Counted from the first letter of the stretch, positions 22,639 to 33,749 are shown. The stretch is 64,000 bases of DNA from Sulfolobales archaeon HS-7 (GCA_019704295.1 AP024596.1:640001-704000), one strand, 5' to 3'. Numbers and translations: made by a program. Notes: generated by a model not told the origin, from the sequence alone.

Positions 22639-22977
22639 ATGGCAAGAGTTGTTGATATAGCACATTTCGATAAAGATGGTAATCTAACGTCTCTAAAGAT
22701 AGACGACATAGAACCCATGGCCGGAGAGAAGGGATTCGCTCAAGAAGGGGGTTTCTTTGTTACAGTTAAGGGAAAAGAGGGAAGGGCTGTGATAAAAATA
22801 TCCGATAAAGAGGCGATAGACATGGCAAACAGGATAATCGAGGCCTACAGGGAACACGTGAAAAACTTCATAGAATTGTCTAAGAGAAGACAGCCCCTAA
22901 CCCAGGAAAGGAGAAGAAAAGATGAAGATGAGGAGATTATGGACGAATTAGATGAAGAGGATTTCGGATCAAAGTGA
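22639..22977 (+). CDS. Hypothetical protein with acidic C-terminal tail
   Basis: 112-aa ORF overlapping nep1 start. Confidence 0.75.
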   Translation: MARVVDIAHFDKDGNLTSLKIDDIEPMAGEKGFAQEGGFFVTVKGKEGRAVIKISDKEAIDMANRIIEAYREHVKNFIELSKRRQPLTQERRRKDEDEEIMDELDEEDFGSK

Positions 22978-23558
22978 GGATTGTACTACTCGATTCCGGT
23001 TTGGAATTAGTTCCTCCAGAAATGAATTATAAAGGGAATTCTTTACTTGACATTAACTACCATTATAGATCAATGAAGAGATTAAGGGACTGGTATAAGC
23101 GCGGAAGACCTGATATAGTTCACTTCTCCTTACTTCAACTACTATCTTGGCCTACATTCTCTGGGGAAATTTACGTGCATACATTCGACGGAAAAGTGAT
23201 CTACGTGGATAGGAAAACGCGAATACCTAAATCACAGGCCAGGTTTAACTCACTAATTGTACAGCTCCTTAAATACGGAAAAGTTCCCACGAAAGGTGAA
23301 CCTCTCATGGTAGTTACTTCCTACAGATTGAATGACGTAATTAATCAGCCTTTTTTACTATTTGATGAGAGGGGAGATTTAACATTTAATAGCGAACTCT
23401 GCGGTAATGTATCGGTAGGAATAGGGGCTTTTCAGAGAGGTGAATTCTCAGACGAAGTACTCTCAATACCGCATAAGAAAATTTCAGTCTCGAAGTCTAA
23501 AATCGAAACTTTCCAAGTAGTGTGTAATATATTACAGAAATGCTTTCCATTAGAGTGA
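22974..23558 (+). CDS. nep1: 16S rRNA pseudouridine N1-methyltransferase Nep1
   Basis: LELVP, LLDINYH, RGRPDIVH, RIPK, IGAF..G SPOUT motifs. Confidence 0.95.
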   Translation: MRIVLLDSGLELVPPEMNYKGNSLLDINYHYRSMKRLRDWYKRGRPDIVHFSLLQLLSWPTFSGEIYVHTFDGKVIYVDRKTRIPKSQARFNSLIVQLLKYGKVPTKGEPLMVVTSYRLNDVINQPFLLFDERGDLTFNSELCGNVSVGIGAFQRGEFSDEVLSIPHKKISVSKSKIETFQVVCNILQKCFPLE

Positions 23559-23694
23559 CGTAAGTGGTTTCGAAGAACAGGAGATAAGAAGTCAATTGTA
23601 AATTAAGTCGATAGCACTCCAGCCTTTAGGGGAATATGTCATTTTTATACCTCTTTTGAATCCTAAGCATCACAGTACTTTTCTTTATCTTAAT

Positions 23695-23900
23695 GCGGGA
23701 TCGGGAGAGAAAGACCTACGTGGACAGGTGGTCCACTCAATGAGTTCATGCAGAACTGTTAATGAGGGGTACTTACGGGGTCACTAAGACGTCTGAGAGA
23801 GTTGATGTGTTAAGCCTGGCTTCAATCAACTATCCTCAAGACACCATATCATCACGTTAGCGCTCAGGGTTAAAACGACCCTTAATGCCTGTGGAGCCGT
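23695..23900 (+). mobile_element. SMN-like element copy B, left part (interrupted by IS607)
   Basis: Collinear with reverse complement of copy A: left-end-like 23702-23728, core 23787-23830, GCCTGTGGAG about 23887. Confidence 0.6.
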
Positions 23901-23959
23901 TGTCGACAGTTTTTAATAAACTGTAAAGTTTATGTTATTTTATTACAAGCTCTTATATA

Positions 23960-24513
23960 ATGCTAAGACCTAAAGAAGTATGCCAACGTCTAGGAATCTC
24001 ATAAAACACTTAGAGAATACGTCAAGGCTACATTAAACACGCAATCCTAGAGACCGGTAAATGGAGATTCAAAGAAGAGGATGTTGAGAAACTAATGGTC
24101 ATTTTCAAGAAGAGGAAAACAATATTATACGCCAGAGTATCATCGAACACACGAAAGGACAACTTAATAAACCAAGTAAAGTACTTACAAGAACAAGTTA
24201 AGGAATACGACCAAGTAATAACGGATATAGCTGGATTGAACGTGAAAAGTATTTCAGACTAGAAAATGATATTAAATAACGAGGTATCAAAAATAGTTAT
24301 TGTATACCCTAAGACTAATAAGATTGGGTTTCCAGAAACTTGAGGAAGTATGCAACGCACACAATTGCTACTCGCATTAAACATGAAGGACAAGACACCA
24401 GAATAAGAGTTAATTGAGGACCTTATCTCTCTACGGTCTCATTTAGCGGTAAACTCTACAGTATGAGGGGTCACAAATACGAGAAGGCGAAGGAAATATG
24501 TCGAAGAGCTTAA
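23960..24513 (+). pseudogene. tnpA: IS607 tnpA pseudogene
   Basis: HTH plus YARVSS resolvase motif broken by stops and frameshifts. Confidence 0.88.
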
Positions 24514-25790
24514 GGTTTAGAATACTTCAACCAGAAGAGGAGTACGTATACTTAACGTACTCCATCAACAATGAAAAGAAGGAGGAAAGCAAAGTACTAC
24601 TAAAGAACTACAAGACAATACTACAGAAGGCGTTAGACTGGTTATGGAAGAGGAATAGGGTAGAGAGGAAGGAGATTAAAAAGGGTAGGAAAGTTCTCAT
24701 GAAGCTCAAGATTAAATTACCTAAGAAGAGCGAAGTGTATAAGACGTTAACGGATGAACTGGAGAAGGTAAACGCGCTAGCTTCCCACTACGTCAACAAG
24801 GCGATAAGCGACACATTCTCTATCCTAAACTCCTGGAAGAGGAGGGGCGAAATGGGACAAGCGTCACCTAGAAAACCGAAACTCAAGAGGGTGTACGTTA
24901 GGGTGAAGTCGACGCTGAGGAAAGTGGAGGGTGAATCATTTAGGGTAACAGTAAGACCGTACGAGTACATTACCTTCTCTTGGTCTAACACATGGTTCTC
25001 TCGATGGGTTAAGGGACTTGAGCTTGGTGAGCCTGTAATTAATGAGGATAAGGTGTACTTACCATTCCGTTATAAGCTACCTTAGAGAACTCCATTAGAC
25101 TTCCTCTCAATTGACAGTAACTTGTATACTCTTGATGCTTACGATGGAGAGAAGTTTGTCACGTTCTCCATGAAGGAGTTGTATAGTTTGAAGTACGGGA
25201 TGCAGTTGAAGACGGGTAGGATAAGGTCTTTTGCTTCTAAGCACGGCAGGAATGGTAAAGAACTTATGAAGAAATATTCTCGCCGTGAAAAGAATCGTGT
25301 GATGGACTACGTCCACAAGTTTGTTAACAGTTTGCTGTAGATGTATCCTCTCACTCTGTTTGCTGTTGAGAAGTCAAATAAACAATCAATGTTTGAGGAT
25401 ACAAGCGATTCCCTCTCTAGGAGGATATCGAGGACTGTATGAAGGACTATTCATAATCTCATGAAATATAAAGCCCCCTGTATGGTTCTTTTGTAAAGGA
25501 AGTGAACCCGCACCTAACTTCTAAGTCCTGCCCCAGATGTGGATGGGTCTCCTGAAAGGTAGGTGGGACTTTTAGATGTCAGAGATGCGGGTTTACTCTG
25601 GACAGACAGTTAAATGCGTCCTTAAATATCTACCTTAAGATGTGTGGGTTTCCCCACATCCTTGATGCCCCACGGTTGCGAGTTGGGGTTATCCCGCTAA
25701 AGGGACGGAAAAGGAGGAACGGAACAATGCCCCGTGACTTTGGTTAATTCCAAGGGCTGAGGGTTGATATGAAATGTGAAATCCCATGAA
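24498..25790 (+). pseudogene. tnpB: tnpB pseudogene
   Basis: Fragments 24498-25085 and 25122-25340 plus downstream RuvC/zinc-finger motifs; in-frame stops at 25083, 25338, 25440. Confidence 0.9.
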
Positions 25791-25903
25791 GCTCAAACCC
25801 CTTTTACCCGTGGATAATGTGAAGAAGTAGAAAGCCCTATTCATAAGGACAACGTAAATTTCCTGAAACTTAGGAGTGCTATCTCAAGTTGTAGAATATC
25901 ACT

Positions 25904-26262
25904 ACAAGCTTTCTTCGAGCTCCTTAGCTAGGTTTTTAAGCCTTTTTGCCTCTTTCTTCATCTCTACGACAAAGAGAGAAGGGGGGGTTTTCCCACTCAC
26001 TAGGAGTAAATGCAAAGAACTCTATCCTAGCCCTTAGAAACCTGCTGAGCATATATCCTCTCTGCTTGTTATTCAGTCCCTCAAATTCCTTTGATATTAT
26101 CATTAAGTCGATGTCACTTGTATCAAGATAATCTCCCCTTGCTCTCGAGCCTACAACGTAAACTTTCTCCACTTCAACCTCCTTGCTGACGTCATTAACG
26201 AACTCTATTGCCCTCTTAATAATGTCCACTTGACTCTTCAGCGCAGATTTCGCTTTACCCAC
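25904..26262 (-). pseudogene. MNT nucleotidyltransferase antitoxin, C-terminus frameshifted in a G7 run
   Basis: VGSRARGDYLDTSDIDL; shifting at 25981-25987 restores ...PSLFVVEMKKEAKRLKNLAKELEESL*. Confidence 0.8.
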
Positions 26263-26626
26263 TCTATCACCTTATCTGCTCACCTAACCGATTCCTCTGC
26301 ATCTTCCCTAGTATAGAGAGAGTATGGAACTGAATTGGCGGCATCAGGATATCTAGAAACTATGTAGTGAAAAGTGAGTTTAGCAGCGTCCTCTCTAATC
26401 TCCTCAACCAGCAAATTAAGCTCTTGTCTTATCATGTCGAGTATCTCATTTGAATCATGAGTTCTTACAGCTTTCCCACTCTGTAAAAGTAGAGCCTTTA
26501 GCGCTTTTCCTGCAGCTTGTTCAGCCCAGAATACTGAAGCGTAATAATGACCGGTCGCTATTATATCCTTAGCGGTGGACAAATCCTCGAGGCTTGTTTG
26601 AACCATTTCTCCGCTTCTTCCGTCAC
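26238..26626 (-). pseudogene. HEPN-domain toxin, frameshifted and prematurely stopped
   Basis: GTG-start MTEEAEKWFKQA shifts into LEDL...EQAAGKALKA...THD...SRYP; TGA at 26280 interrupts ...ESVR*ADKVIEWVKRNLR. Confidence 0.85.
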
Positions 26627-26977
26627 AAACTTATACTTACTTGTCATGTATTTTAATTCTTCTTCTGTCAGACGTAAGTATTATTCCTCTGATTAGAGGA
26701 TCAAAACCCATTACCTATATAATACTGGATATAGAGAAATGGCAGAATACTAGTAAGAACCGAAAAATTATTTTATAGGTCGCATTCGTAAAAATCCGAT
26801 GCTTACAGTGTTTAATATTAATTTTTGTGTTTTCCCTGAAACTCTCCTAAGCGACGACGCAACCCTAATGTAAATCCCTCTATCTATTTTGATACTTATA
26901 TATGTTCATGTCCCTAACTATTTCCCTTCCTTAACTTATACTCCCTAGATTTCATTAAATAACAACATCTCGTACTT

Positions 26978-27124
26978 TCATACGGCCTTAATGACCTTAA
27001 TTCCCTGTCTCCTCACCATGTAAATCACCTTGTAACCGCAATAAGGGCACCTGAGTCCTGGAAGTATCTGAAGATTTGAGTCGTCAAAGGTTTTATTGCA
27101 CCTACCACATACGTATATTGCCAT
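26978..27124 (-). CDS. rpoP: RNA polymerase subunit Rpo12 (P), 48 aa (not in ORF track)
   Basis: [13 protein letters not shown]...[24 protein letters not shown]. Confidence 0.95.
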   Translation of the reverse strand: MAIYVCGRCNKTFDDSNLQILPGLRCPYCGYKVIYMVRRQGIKVIKAV

Positions 27125-27161
27125 AAAACTAGGTACCTCCTAAGAGAATATAACGTTAAGC

Positions 27162-27953
27162 TCATTTAGTTGTTGCTCCGCCCTCCTTATACCTGCTCAG
27201 TGCCATTGCAACCGTGGGATACATTTCGTTATTCATTGGTACGACTAGGATAAGACCCCCCTTCTGAGATATATCCGTTAATGCCTCTATAAACCTCAAC
27301 TGCATAGCTATTGGCTTACGATCGTAAAAGTCTGACGCTTCTGCAAGTATATTGGCTGACTGCCTCTCCCCTTCGCTTAATATGATTTTGGCTCTCCTTA
27401 ACCTTTCTGCCTCAGCTTGTTTAGCCATCGCCGTTAATAAGTCGGGGGAAAGCCTTATATCCCTTACAGTCACTGCTGTAACCTTAACGCCCCAAGGTTC
27501 TGTTGATGCGTCTAAGATCTCCTGGAGTTTCATATTTATCTCTTCTCTCTTACTAAGTATGTCGTCCAACTCCATCTGTCCTACTATGTCCCTAAGTGAG
27601 GTCTGCGCGAGGTTAAGTACAGCAGAATTATAATTATATACGGAAGTGACTGCCTTCATCGCATCAATAACCTTATAGTAAAGAACAGCATCTATTGTAA
27701 CCGTAACGTTGTCCTTAGTAACTATTGTTTGAGCCGGAATATCGGATGTCTTTACCCTCAGATCTACGATAGTAGGCTTATCAACAAAGGGAATAAGGAA
27801 TATTATGCCAGGTCCCTTAACTCCAAGAACTCTCCCTAGCCTGAGGACGACTGCTCTCTCCCACTCTTTCACTATCCTAAATGACAAGCTAAGAATAATA
27901 ACTATTATAATGAATAGGAAAATACCGCCTACAATAAGTTCTACTTCACTCAT
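27162..27953 (-). CDS. SPFH/band-7 (stomatin-like) membrane protein
   Basis: N-terminal TM, ERAVVLRLGR, KGPG, TKDNV, AKQAEAER. Confidence 0.95.
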   Translation of the reverse strand: MSEVELIVGGIFLFIIIVIILSLSFRIVKEWERAVVLRLGRVLGVKGPGIIFLIPFVDKPTIVDLRVKTSDIPAQTIVTKDNVTVTIDAVLYYKVIDAMKAVTSVYNYNSAVLNLAQTSLRDIVGQMELDDILSKREEINMKLQEILDASTEPWGVKVTAVTVRDIRLSPDLLTAMAKQAEAERLRRAKIILSEGERQSANILAEASDFYDRKPIAMQLRFIEALTDISQKGGLILVVPMNNEMYPTVAMALSRYKEGGATTK

Positions 27954-28076
27954 TAATAATTAATAATACACTCGAGTTTAAAAAATAGTATGTGATCTTT
28001 AATTTCATAAATCTGTCGTCTACTACGTACAATCTCGCTCAGAATTGGGAGTAAGTGCTGAACACATGAAAAGTAG

Positions 28077-28152
<76 letters not shown>

Positions 28153-28201
28153 ACGTACAATGTTTGAAAAGGAATATTAAGGTTTATGATCAGAGTAACC
28201 C

Positions 28202-28405
28202 ATGATTATAAGGGTAAAAATATTCATTAATAGAAATACCCTGCCCATTATATTTCCAGATAACGTAAACCCGCCCTCTGATATGAGGATAACTAGTAAC
28301 GAAAACGAAATTACTCTAGAATGTTCAAACATAAACCGATGCAAAAGTACAGTAAATGAGATACTTGAACAATTGGAACTTATTGAAAAAATAGAGGGAA
28401 TTTAA
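28202..28405 (+). CDS. Probable KEOPS subunit Pcc1-like protein
   Basis: 67 aa, PDN..P motif and C-terminal helix KSTVNEILEQL. Confidence 0.6.
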   Translation: MIIRVKIFINRNTLPIIFPDNVNPPSDMRITSNENEITLECSNINRCKSTVNEILEQLELIEKIEGI

Positions 28406-28410
28406 AAAAA

Positions 28411-29799
28411 TTATGGCTTTATTCTTTTCATGACACTAAATGCTTCAAGTAGTGCTACTATAGCTAGTACAATTCCAACCACAGCAACGCCTATAGCGAC
28501 ATAGCCTATCGTTGAAATAGAACCTATCTTCGAGTTAAGGGATGCGACCTCACTATTTAGATTAGTTATATTACTCTCTAGCGTGGCAATCTCCGACTTC
28601 AGGGCTTGTAAACTCGTAACAGTGGTATTTAGAGTACTCACTTCAGACATTAGCGTACTTACTTGGGATTCCAGAGTTTTAACAGTTGCATTAACGGAGG
28701 ACAGCTCGGTCTCGAGTGTTGATATTGAAGTATTTGCCGCTGCGAGTTCGCTTTCTAGCGTAGATATTTCTGCACTTAACGAAGTAACTTCACTCCTTAA
28801 TGCAGAGATTTCGGCGTAAAGGTTCGGACTGGCGGAGTACTCCACTTCTACCTGAGTTGCAAGACCGTCTCCTGAAACAGTCATGACCTCTGTTCCAATA
28901 TAGGAGGAGTTAGCGGGCATAACAGTAAAGGTTACGTTGTAGAATCCACCGCCGAGATTGGTTACAGTACCTTGGGACACTGAAACCGTAGCATTTGTAA
29001 CTGGTACGCCGGCAAACAGTACCTGGATCTCTATGGACGCAGTGGTCGACATGTTAAACCCTGTTGTGTATTGATTAGTAATGGTTTGGAAGAACGGTTC
29101 CACCATTCCGTTATCCTTTACCGAAACTACCTTCACCTGAAGAACCTGTGGCGTTAAGTAAATTGTTTCACTAAAAGATGACAGAGAGGTTGAGAATGAA
29201 GCAGTAGTAGTGTTAGTAACATAACCAGATTGCGATACAGTAAACTGCAAAGTTACTGAGGCCTGAGATACGTTAACTGGTATGTATACAACCGCTACAC
29301 CATTAGCCCCTGTCAGCGATGAATTGGATATCTTTAGTTCGGTATTCGTTACAGTCACGTTAGCACCGGGCACTGGTTCATGAGTCTGAGAGTTTAGTAC
29401 GGTAACTGACACCGGCTTTTCAGTGTACGTGAACGTCACATTAACTTGAGCACTTGCTAAACCGTCAATGATCAATACAGTGTAAGTCCCAGGAGGCACA
29501 GTTGAGTTAATTACAGTGGGCCAAGTAAAGGTCGTCATAAAGTACCCCGTTCCATTCGACTTTGCGGTTGCCAGGAATTTATCGATGCCGTGATACTCTA
29601 TATATATCGTTACTGGCGAGTTGGGATATGCACCGTCCTGACCTGAGATAATCATCACTGCCCCCGGACCAAAAGTTTGGTTAGGAGCAGGAGAGTACAC
29701 AGTAATTCCATTCTGGGTAAAGGTCGCGAGGGAGACAGCAGATCCCGCCACAGTGAGTAATAGTAAAATAAAACCAAAATACTTAACGGACCCTTTCAA
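28411..29799 (-). CDS. slaB: S-layer membrane anchor protein SlaB
   Basis: Signal peptide, beta-rich domains with many N-x-S/T sequons, long heptad coiled coil, C-terminal TM; follows slaA. Confidence 0.9.
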   Translation of the reverse strand: MKGSVKYFGFILLLLTVAGSAVSLATFTQNGITVYSPAPNQTFGPGAVMIISGQDGAYPNSPVTIYIEYHGIDKFLATAKSNGTGYFMTTFTWPTVINSTVPPGTYTVLIIDGLASAQVNVTFTYTEKPVSVTVLNSQTHEPVPGANVTVTNTELKISNSSLTGANGVAVVYIPVNVSQASVTLQFTVSQSGYVTNTTTASFSTSLSSFSETIYLTPQVLQVKVVSVKDNGMVEPFFQTITNQYTTGFNMSTTASIEIQVLFAGVPVTNATVSVSQGTVTNLGGGFYNVTFTVMPANSSYIGTEVMTVSGDGLATQVEVEYSASPNLYAEISALRSEVTSLSAEISTLESELAAANTSISTLETELSSVNATVKTLESQVSTLMSEVSTLNTTVTSLQALKSEIATLESNITNLNSEVASLNSKIGSISTIGYVAIGVAVVGIVLAIVALLEAFSVMKRIKP

Positions 29800-29825
29800 G
29801 AGATATCACCTTTTGTGAACATTAT

Positions 29826-29832
29826 AAAAAAA
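29826..29832 (-). terminator. Oligo-T terminator-like tract between slaA and slaB
   Basis: T-run directly after slaA stop on minus strand; similar run after slaB (28404-28410). Confidence 0.5.
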
Positions 29833-32800
29833 TTAACTATAATATACCACCACATATAGGAATGTCGGCGAAGTCGATATAGGTATTCCGTTAAAGTATC
29901 CTTCAGCTACTAACTGGACAGTGTAGTAAGCACCCGGTGTAATTGATGCTAAGTTCAGTGTTATCGGGAAGAATGTAGGAGTTAGCTTTCCTAGACCAGC
30001 AGGGAATATTGAGTTATCAACAGTCAGGATGGGTATACTCTGTAGTCCTCCTCCAGTAGTTATGTGAGATGTCTGGTTTCCTGCATATATGTTGGCTACT
30101 ACGAAGAATTCCACTGGGTAGTTTATGAGCGAGGTCACATTAAGAGCTATTTGCGTATTCGTTGCTGAGAGGGTTATTAATTTCTGATATATTCCATAGG
30201 AATTGTTCTGGAAAGTCATTACCTCGGATTTCTGCCCGTATAGAGTGATCAGTATTGGTCTAACAGGTGAGGGTATTATATATGTGTTGTAGGTAAAGTC
30301 TATGCTATTTACAGTATCCTCATAAGTTACGCTTACAGAAGCGTTAATTGGTGGGGATACTACGTTGCTGTAGGCTACATCTTGTGTCGGTGCTAGCGCT
30401 AGCATTGTCCCGTTAGGCAGTACGAAGTATAGAGTGGTGTTAGGTGCGGTGGCCGTTCCTTCAGGTGCATAGAGATCTAGAATTGCCCCCGTGAAGTTAC
30501 CCGTTCCTGGACTTGATTCCGATAGGGATTCTATAAATCCAGGTATATGATACACTGCATATGTCATACCATTCACGGTCGACATTATGTTAGTGTAAGT
30601 ACCGTTATATGACCCAGTTATACTCACCATACTATTGGAGATCTTAAAGCTTGTCAAGTAAAGGAATTGTACTGAAGTTGTCGACACCTTAGCCAAGTTA
30701 GGATCAATGGCATATACATTGGGTTTAGTAACTCCCGCCTCTATTCCATATACTACCTCTTCGGTATGCGTTACGTTCACGACTACAGTCTTCTCAGCAA
30801 CTATCTCATTATTTAATATGAACGGTGTAGGTACGGGGCCCTGGGATATATTCTCGAGTAATAGTATTGTGCTTGCAGTGTAATTAGCATTTGTGGCTTC
30901 ATCATAGTATTTCATTGTGAGGTTCGAACCGTTGAGTACAGTTGAGTTCACGCCTAATATTGACTCAAGCTCAGGAATAGATATAGCAAATGAGAAGTTC
31001 CCCGTGCACATACCGTTTTGTGGTAGAGTAAGGCTTTCGAAGAGATTAGTCACGTTCTGAGATGAAAGCACTATATTCATTGTCTTACCGCTTGCCAAAG
31101 TCACTGTTATACTCCTAAGCACACCTACTTGCACTGGACCGTAGGATGGAATACCGGGTATCTCTAAGTAAACTCCTGGCGGAGTGGTGTTAGTTGCAAG
31201 CACCAGTTGAGTACTTACGAATTGAGACGTGTAGAGGTAGTCGTAGATATTTCCCATTATATACTGATTATAGAGAGGAGTGATTGCCGGTAATATCAGC
31301 TTGGCCGATGTTACATTAAACCCAGTAACTGCGGTTATGTTGGCTCTTGATGGGATCAAATACTGTACTGCAAAGTCATTATCGACGAATGTTACGTTGA
31401 CAAGGGCTTTACTGATCTCTGATGGAGTCAGATATACCTGTACAACTGTGATTCCATGAACGTTTACGAAGTCGATTTCTGAGTTATTCGAGGTTAGCAG
31501 GAATTGGACGAGGAGTGTGTAGTTGTCAGTATAGTATAGCTGACCGAACGGATTTATTCCCTGTTCGGGATTCATAGAGATCGCGTAGGATATGTTGCTG
31601 AATCCTTTAACATCCTTCACGCTAACTAGGAATCCTGCCATTGAAAATCCGTTCCAAGGTCCGGTCACGTTGGGGAAGTTGAATGTATTTGATAGTAATG
31701 AAGGGGCATAGGGATAAAGCACACCAGAGGGATCAAGTACTGTAACCCTTGCAACATGGCAGTACGCGTTGTTAGGCCCTATTGTAGGTTCTGGTATGTA
31801 AGAGAACGTTGGAGGAATTACTCTGGGATAAAATATCTGGTTCCCATTATATGCTGCACTCGTCACGCCCTCATAATCCTCAGCAACTACAGTAACCGTT
31901 GTCTGGTTATTCCATAAACCGAATTCAACAAGAGCTATGTATGATAAGGCTCCAGGGATTTCCAGCGGTATTGTTGAAGTGTAGGTGGTCGTGGCAGGAA
32001 GCCCGAACTGGCTTGTACCAAACGTCTTAGTCAGATTCACTGATCCAGAATAGTAGGGCAAGTACGTATACGGTGAGACGAGGAGATATTCAAAGTACGG
32101 GGTAGAATTAAAGGTAACCGCATATCCGTTCTTCACTTGAGAGTATTGAGCTACCAATTTGAAGGACACGTTAGTTTGACCCTCTATTAACGGGAACTCC
32201 GGAGTCATGTTAAGCTGCACGAAAGTCTCAACTGGGGTCATCTCATTTATCATTACACTAACATTGGAGAAGTAAAGATAGGAACTTAGGAAGGTGTAAT
32301 TAACCGTTGCGTATATCGAGTTCTCAGCAGTTTCCGTTATCGAACCAGAAGTCGAGAACGTTATGTTAAGTGTAGTTTTCGGCGTTACGTTTATCTGCAT
32401 CTCGTAGGCATCTGCACCTAATGATATCTGAGAGGAACCGTTCTCCTGTGCCGTTCCAGTTACCTTCGAAATAGTTGTTAATACTGTGCCGTTCGTCAGC
32501 GGGCTAGTAGGAGATAGAGAATAAGTCCATTTATCTCCGTGGAGGTTATACTTGGATGCGGGAACGAGAGAGTAACTCTCGGCGGTGGTATAGGAAAGGT
32601 AATACACATTTGTATTATACTGCACTATTACCGTGCCGTTACTGAGAACAACTACCACACTGGTGTTTCCGTTGGATACACCATTAAGATAAGAGGATGT
32701 TAGGTATTGTATATATGGGAAAGTTGTGATCGGACTAGGCGGAACGATCGGATTAGTCGTATTGAAATGATCGGCTACAATAAGCATAACGTTACTGTAG

Positions 32801-33720
32801 GTATTTCCATTAGCTAATTTTATGCTGCCTACACTTGGGAAGTACTCATCCCAAAGCATTCCATTGACTACTTGAGCGACTACGAAGGAGTTTACTGTGA
32901 AGCTTTCCTGCCTTGGTATTGTTGAACCGTATATTAATGTAAACCTGAAAGGTCCGTGATCGGTATTAACAGTATCCAAAACGAAAACGCTTACGTTCTG
33001 TCTCCCAACCGCTAGATTAGGTGAAGTCCCAACATTGGGAAATGAGGGATTAAGGATCTGAGTTATCGTTAAGGATATCGGAGGTATAGTTAGTGTTAAT
33101 GTTCCGGTCTGCGTCGCTCCAACAATGTAACTATATATCATAGTAGATACTGTCACAGTTGTTTGACCTGGCTGCGGATTAACGGATTCAACGTAAAATG
33201 GATTGAAATCGTATATAGGCGATGATGAAGTTAGCGGTACTGTGCTTCCCGAGGAGTTTCCGTAATACGTACCTTGCGGTAATATACCCTCACTTATAAG
33301 AGTGCCTAGTGCATTTACTACCATAGGTGGTGTACCACTACTATCAGCGGCAAGTATTAGAACAACATATGCTTGACCAGTGGTTTCCACTACTAGGTAT
33401 TCTTCAGGATACTCCGAACCTAAGTTAAAGGAGTATTTAGCACCGGCTATGTAAAGTGTTATCGTAGTGTTGTCAACTACCCCTCCCATCAGTTGTGCAT
33501 AGGATGAAGAGGAATAGTGAGTGTATTCTCCTGTAACGTTGAAAAGAAGCACGTCGTATCCTTGATAGGGCAAAATTGTCGTGGGATAAGGAAACGTGGT
33601 TAGCACAGCGTCAGAAGGCACTGCAGCGCTTGCTGTCGCAGAACTCACTAAAAACGGAAATATAGTTAGAGCTCCTAAAATAGTTAAGATAACTAGGGTT
33701 AAACCCTTTACGGTATTCAT
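29833..33720 (-). CDS. slaA: S-layer protein SlaA
   Basis: About 1300 aa, signal peptide (MNTVKGLTLV...), T/S/N/Y-rich, many sequons, no C-terminal TM; start placed at 33720 from TATA position. Confidence 0.88.
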   Translation of the reverse strand: MNTVKGLTLVILTILGALTIFPFLVSSATASAAVPSDAVLTTFPYPTTILPYQGYDVLLFNVTGEYTHYSSSSYAQLMGGVVDNTTITLYIAGAKYSFNLGSEYPEEYLVVETTGQAYVVLILAADSSGTPPMVVNALGTLISEGILPQGTYYGNSSGSTVPLTSSSPIYDFNPFYVESVNPQPGQTTVTVSTMIYSYIVGATQTGTLTLTIPPISLTITQILNPSFPNVGTSPNLAVGRQNVSVFVLDTVNTDHGPFRFTLIYGSTIPRQESFTVNSFVVAQVVNGMLWDEYFPSVGSIKLANGNTYSNVMLIVADHFNTTNPIVPPSPITTFPYIQYLTSSYLNGVSNGNTSVVVVLSNGTVIVQYNTNVYYLSYTTAESYSLVPASKYNLHGDKWTYSLSPTSPLTNGTVLTTISKVTGTAQENGSSQISLGADAYEMQINVTPKTTLNITFSTSGSITETAENSIYATVNYTFLSSYLYFSNVSVMINEMTPVETFVQLNMTPEFPLIEGQTNVSFKLVAQYSQVKNGYAVTFNSTPYFEYLLVSPYTYLPYYSGSVNLTKTFGTSQFGLPATTTYTSTIPLEIPGALSYIALVEFGLWNNQTTVTVVAEDYEGVTSAAYNGNQIFYPRVIPPTFSYIPEPTIGPNNAYCHVARVTVLDPSGVLYPYAPSLLSNTFNFPNVTGPWNGFSMAGFLVSVKDVKGFSNISYAISMNPEQGINPFGQLYYTDNYTLLVQFLLTSNNSEIDFVNVHGITVVQVYLTPSEISKALVNVTFVDNDFAVQYLIPSRANITAVTGFNVTSAKLILPAITPLYNQYIMGNIYDYLYTSQFVSTQLVLATNTTPPGVYLEIPGIPSYGPVQVGVLRSITVTLASGKTMNIVLSSQNVTNLFESLTLPQNGMCTGNFSFAISIPELESILGVNSTVLNGSNLTMKYYDEATNANYTASTILLLENISQGPVPTPFILNNEIVAEKTVVVNVTHTEEVVYGIEAGVTKPNVYAIDPNLAKVSTTSVQFLYLTSFKISNSMVSITGSYNGTYTNIMSTVNGMTYAVYHIPGFIESLSESSPGTGNFTGAILDLYAPEGTATAPNTTLYFVLPNGTMLALAPTQDVAYSNVVSPPINASVSVTYEDTVNSIDFTYNTYIIPSPVRPILITLYGQKSEVMTFQNNSYGIYQKLITLSATNTQIALNVTSLINYPVEFFVVANIYAGNQTSHITTGGGLQSIPILTVDNSIFPAGLGKLTPTFFPITLNLASITPGAYYTVQLVAEGYFNGIPISTSPTFLYVVVYYS

Positions 33721-33749
33721 GTTACTTCTAATTGTCTCCATATTGCGAT

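Larger units (their letters stand above)
23905..25802 (+). mobile_element. Decayed IS607-family element (tnpA serine recombinase + tnpB)
   Basis: MLRPKEVCQRLGIS..., ILYARVSS; overlapping tnpB with SIDSN, AVEK, CPRCG/CQRCG, DRQLNAS; boundaries approximate. Confidence 0.9.
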
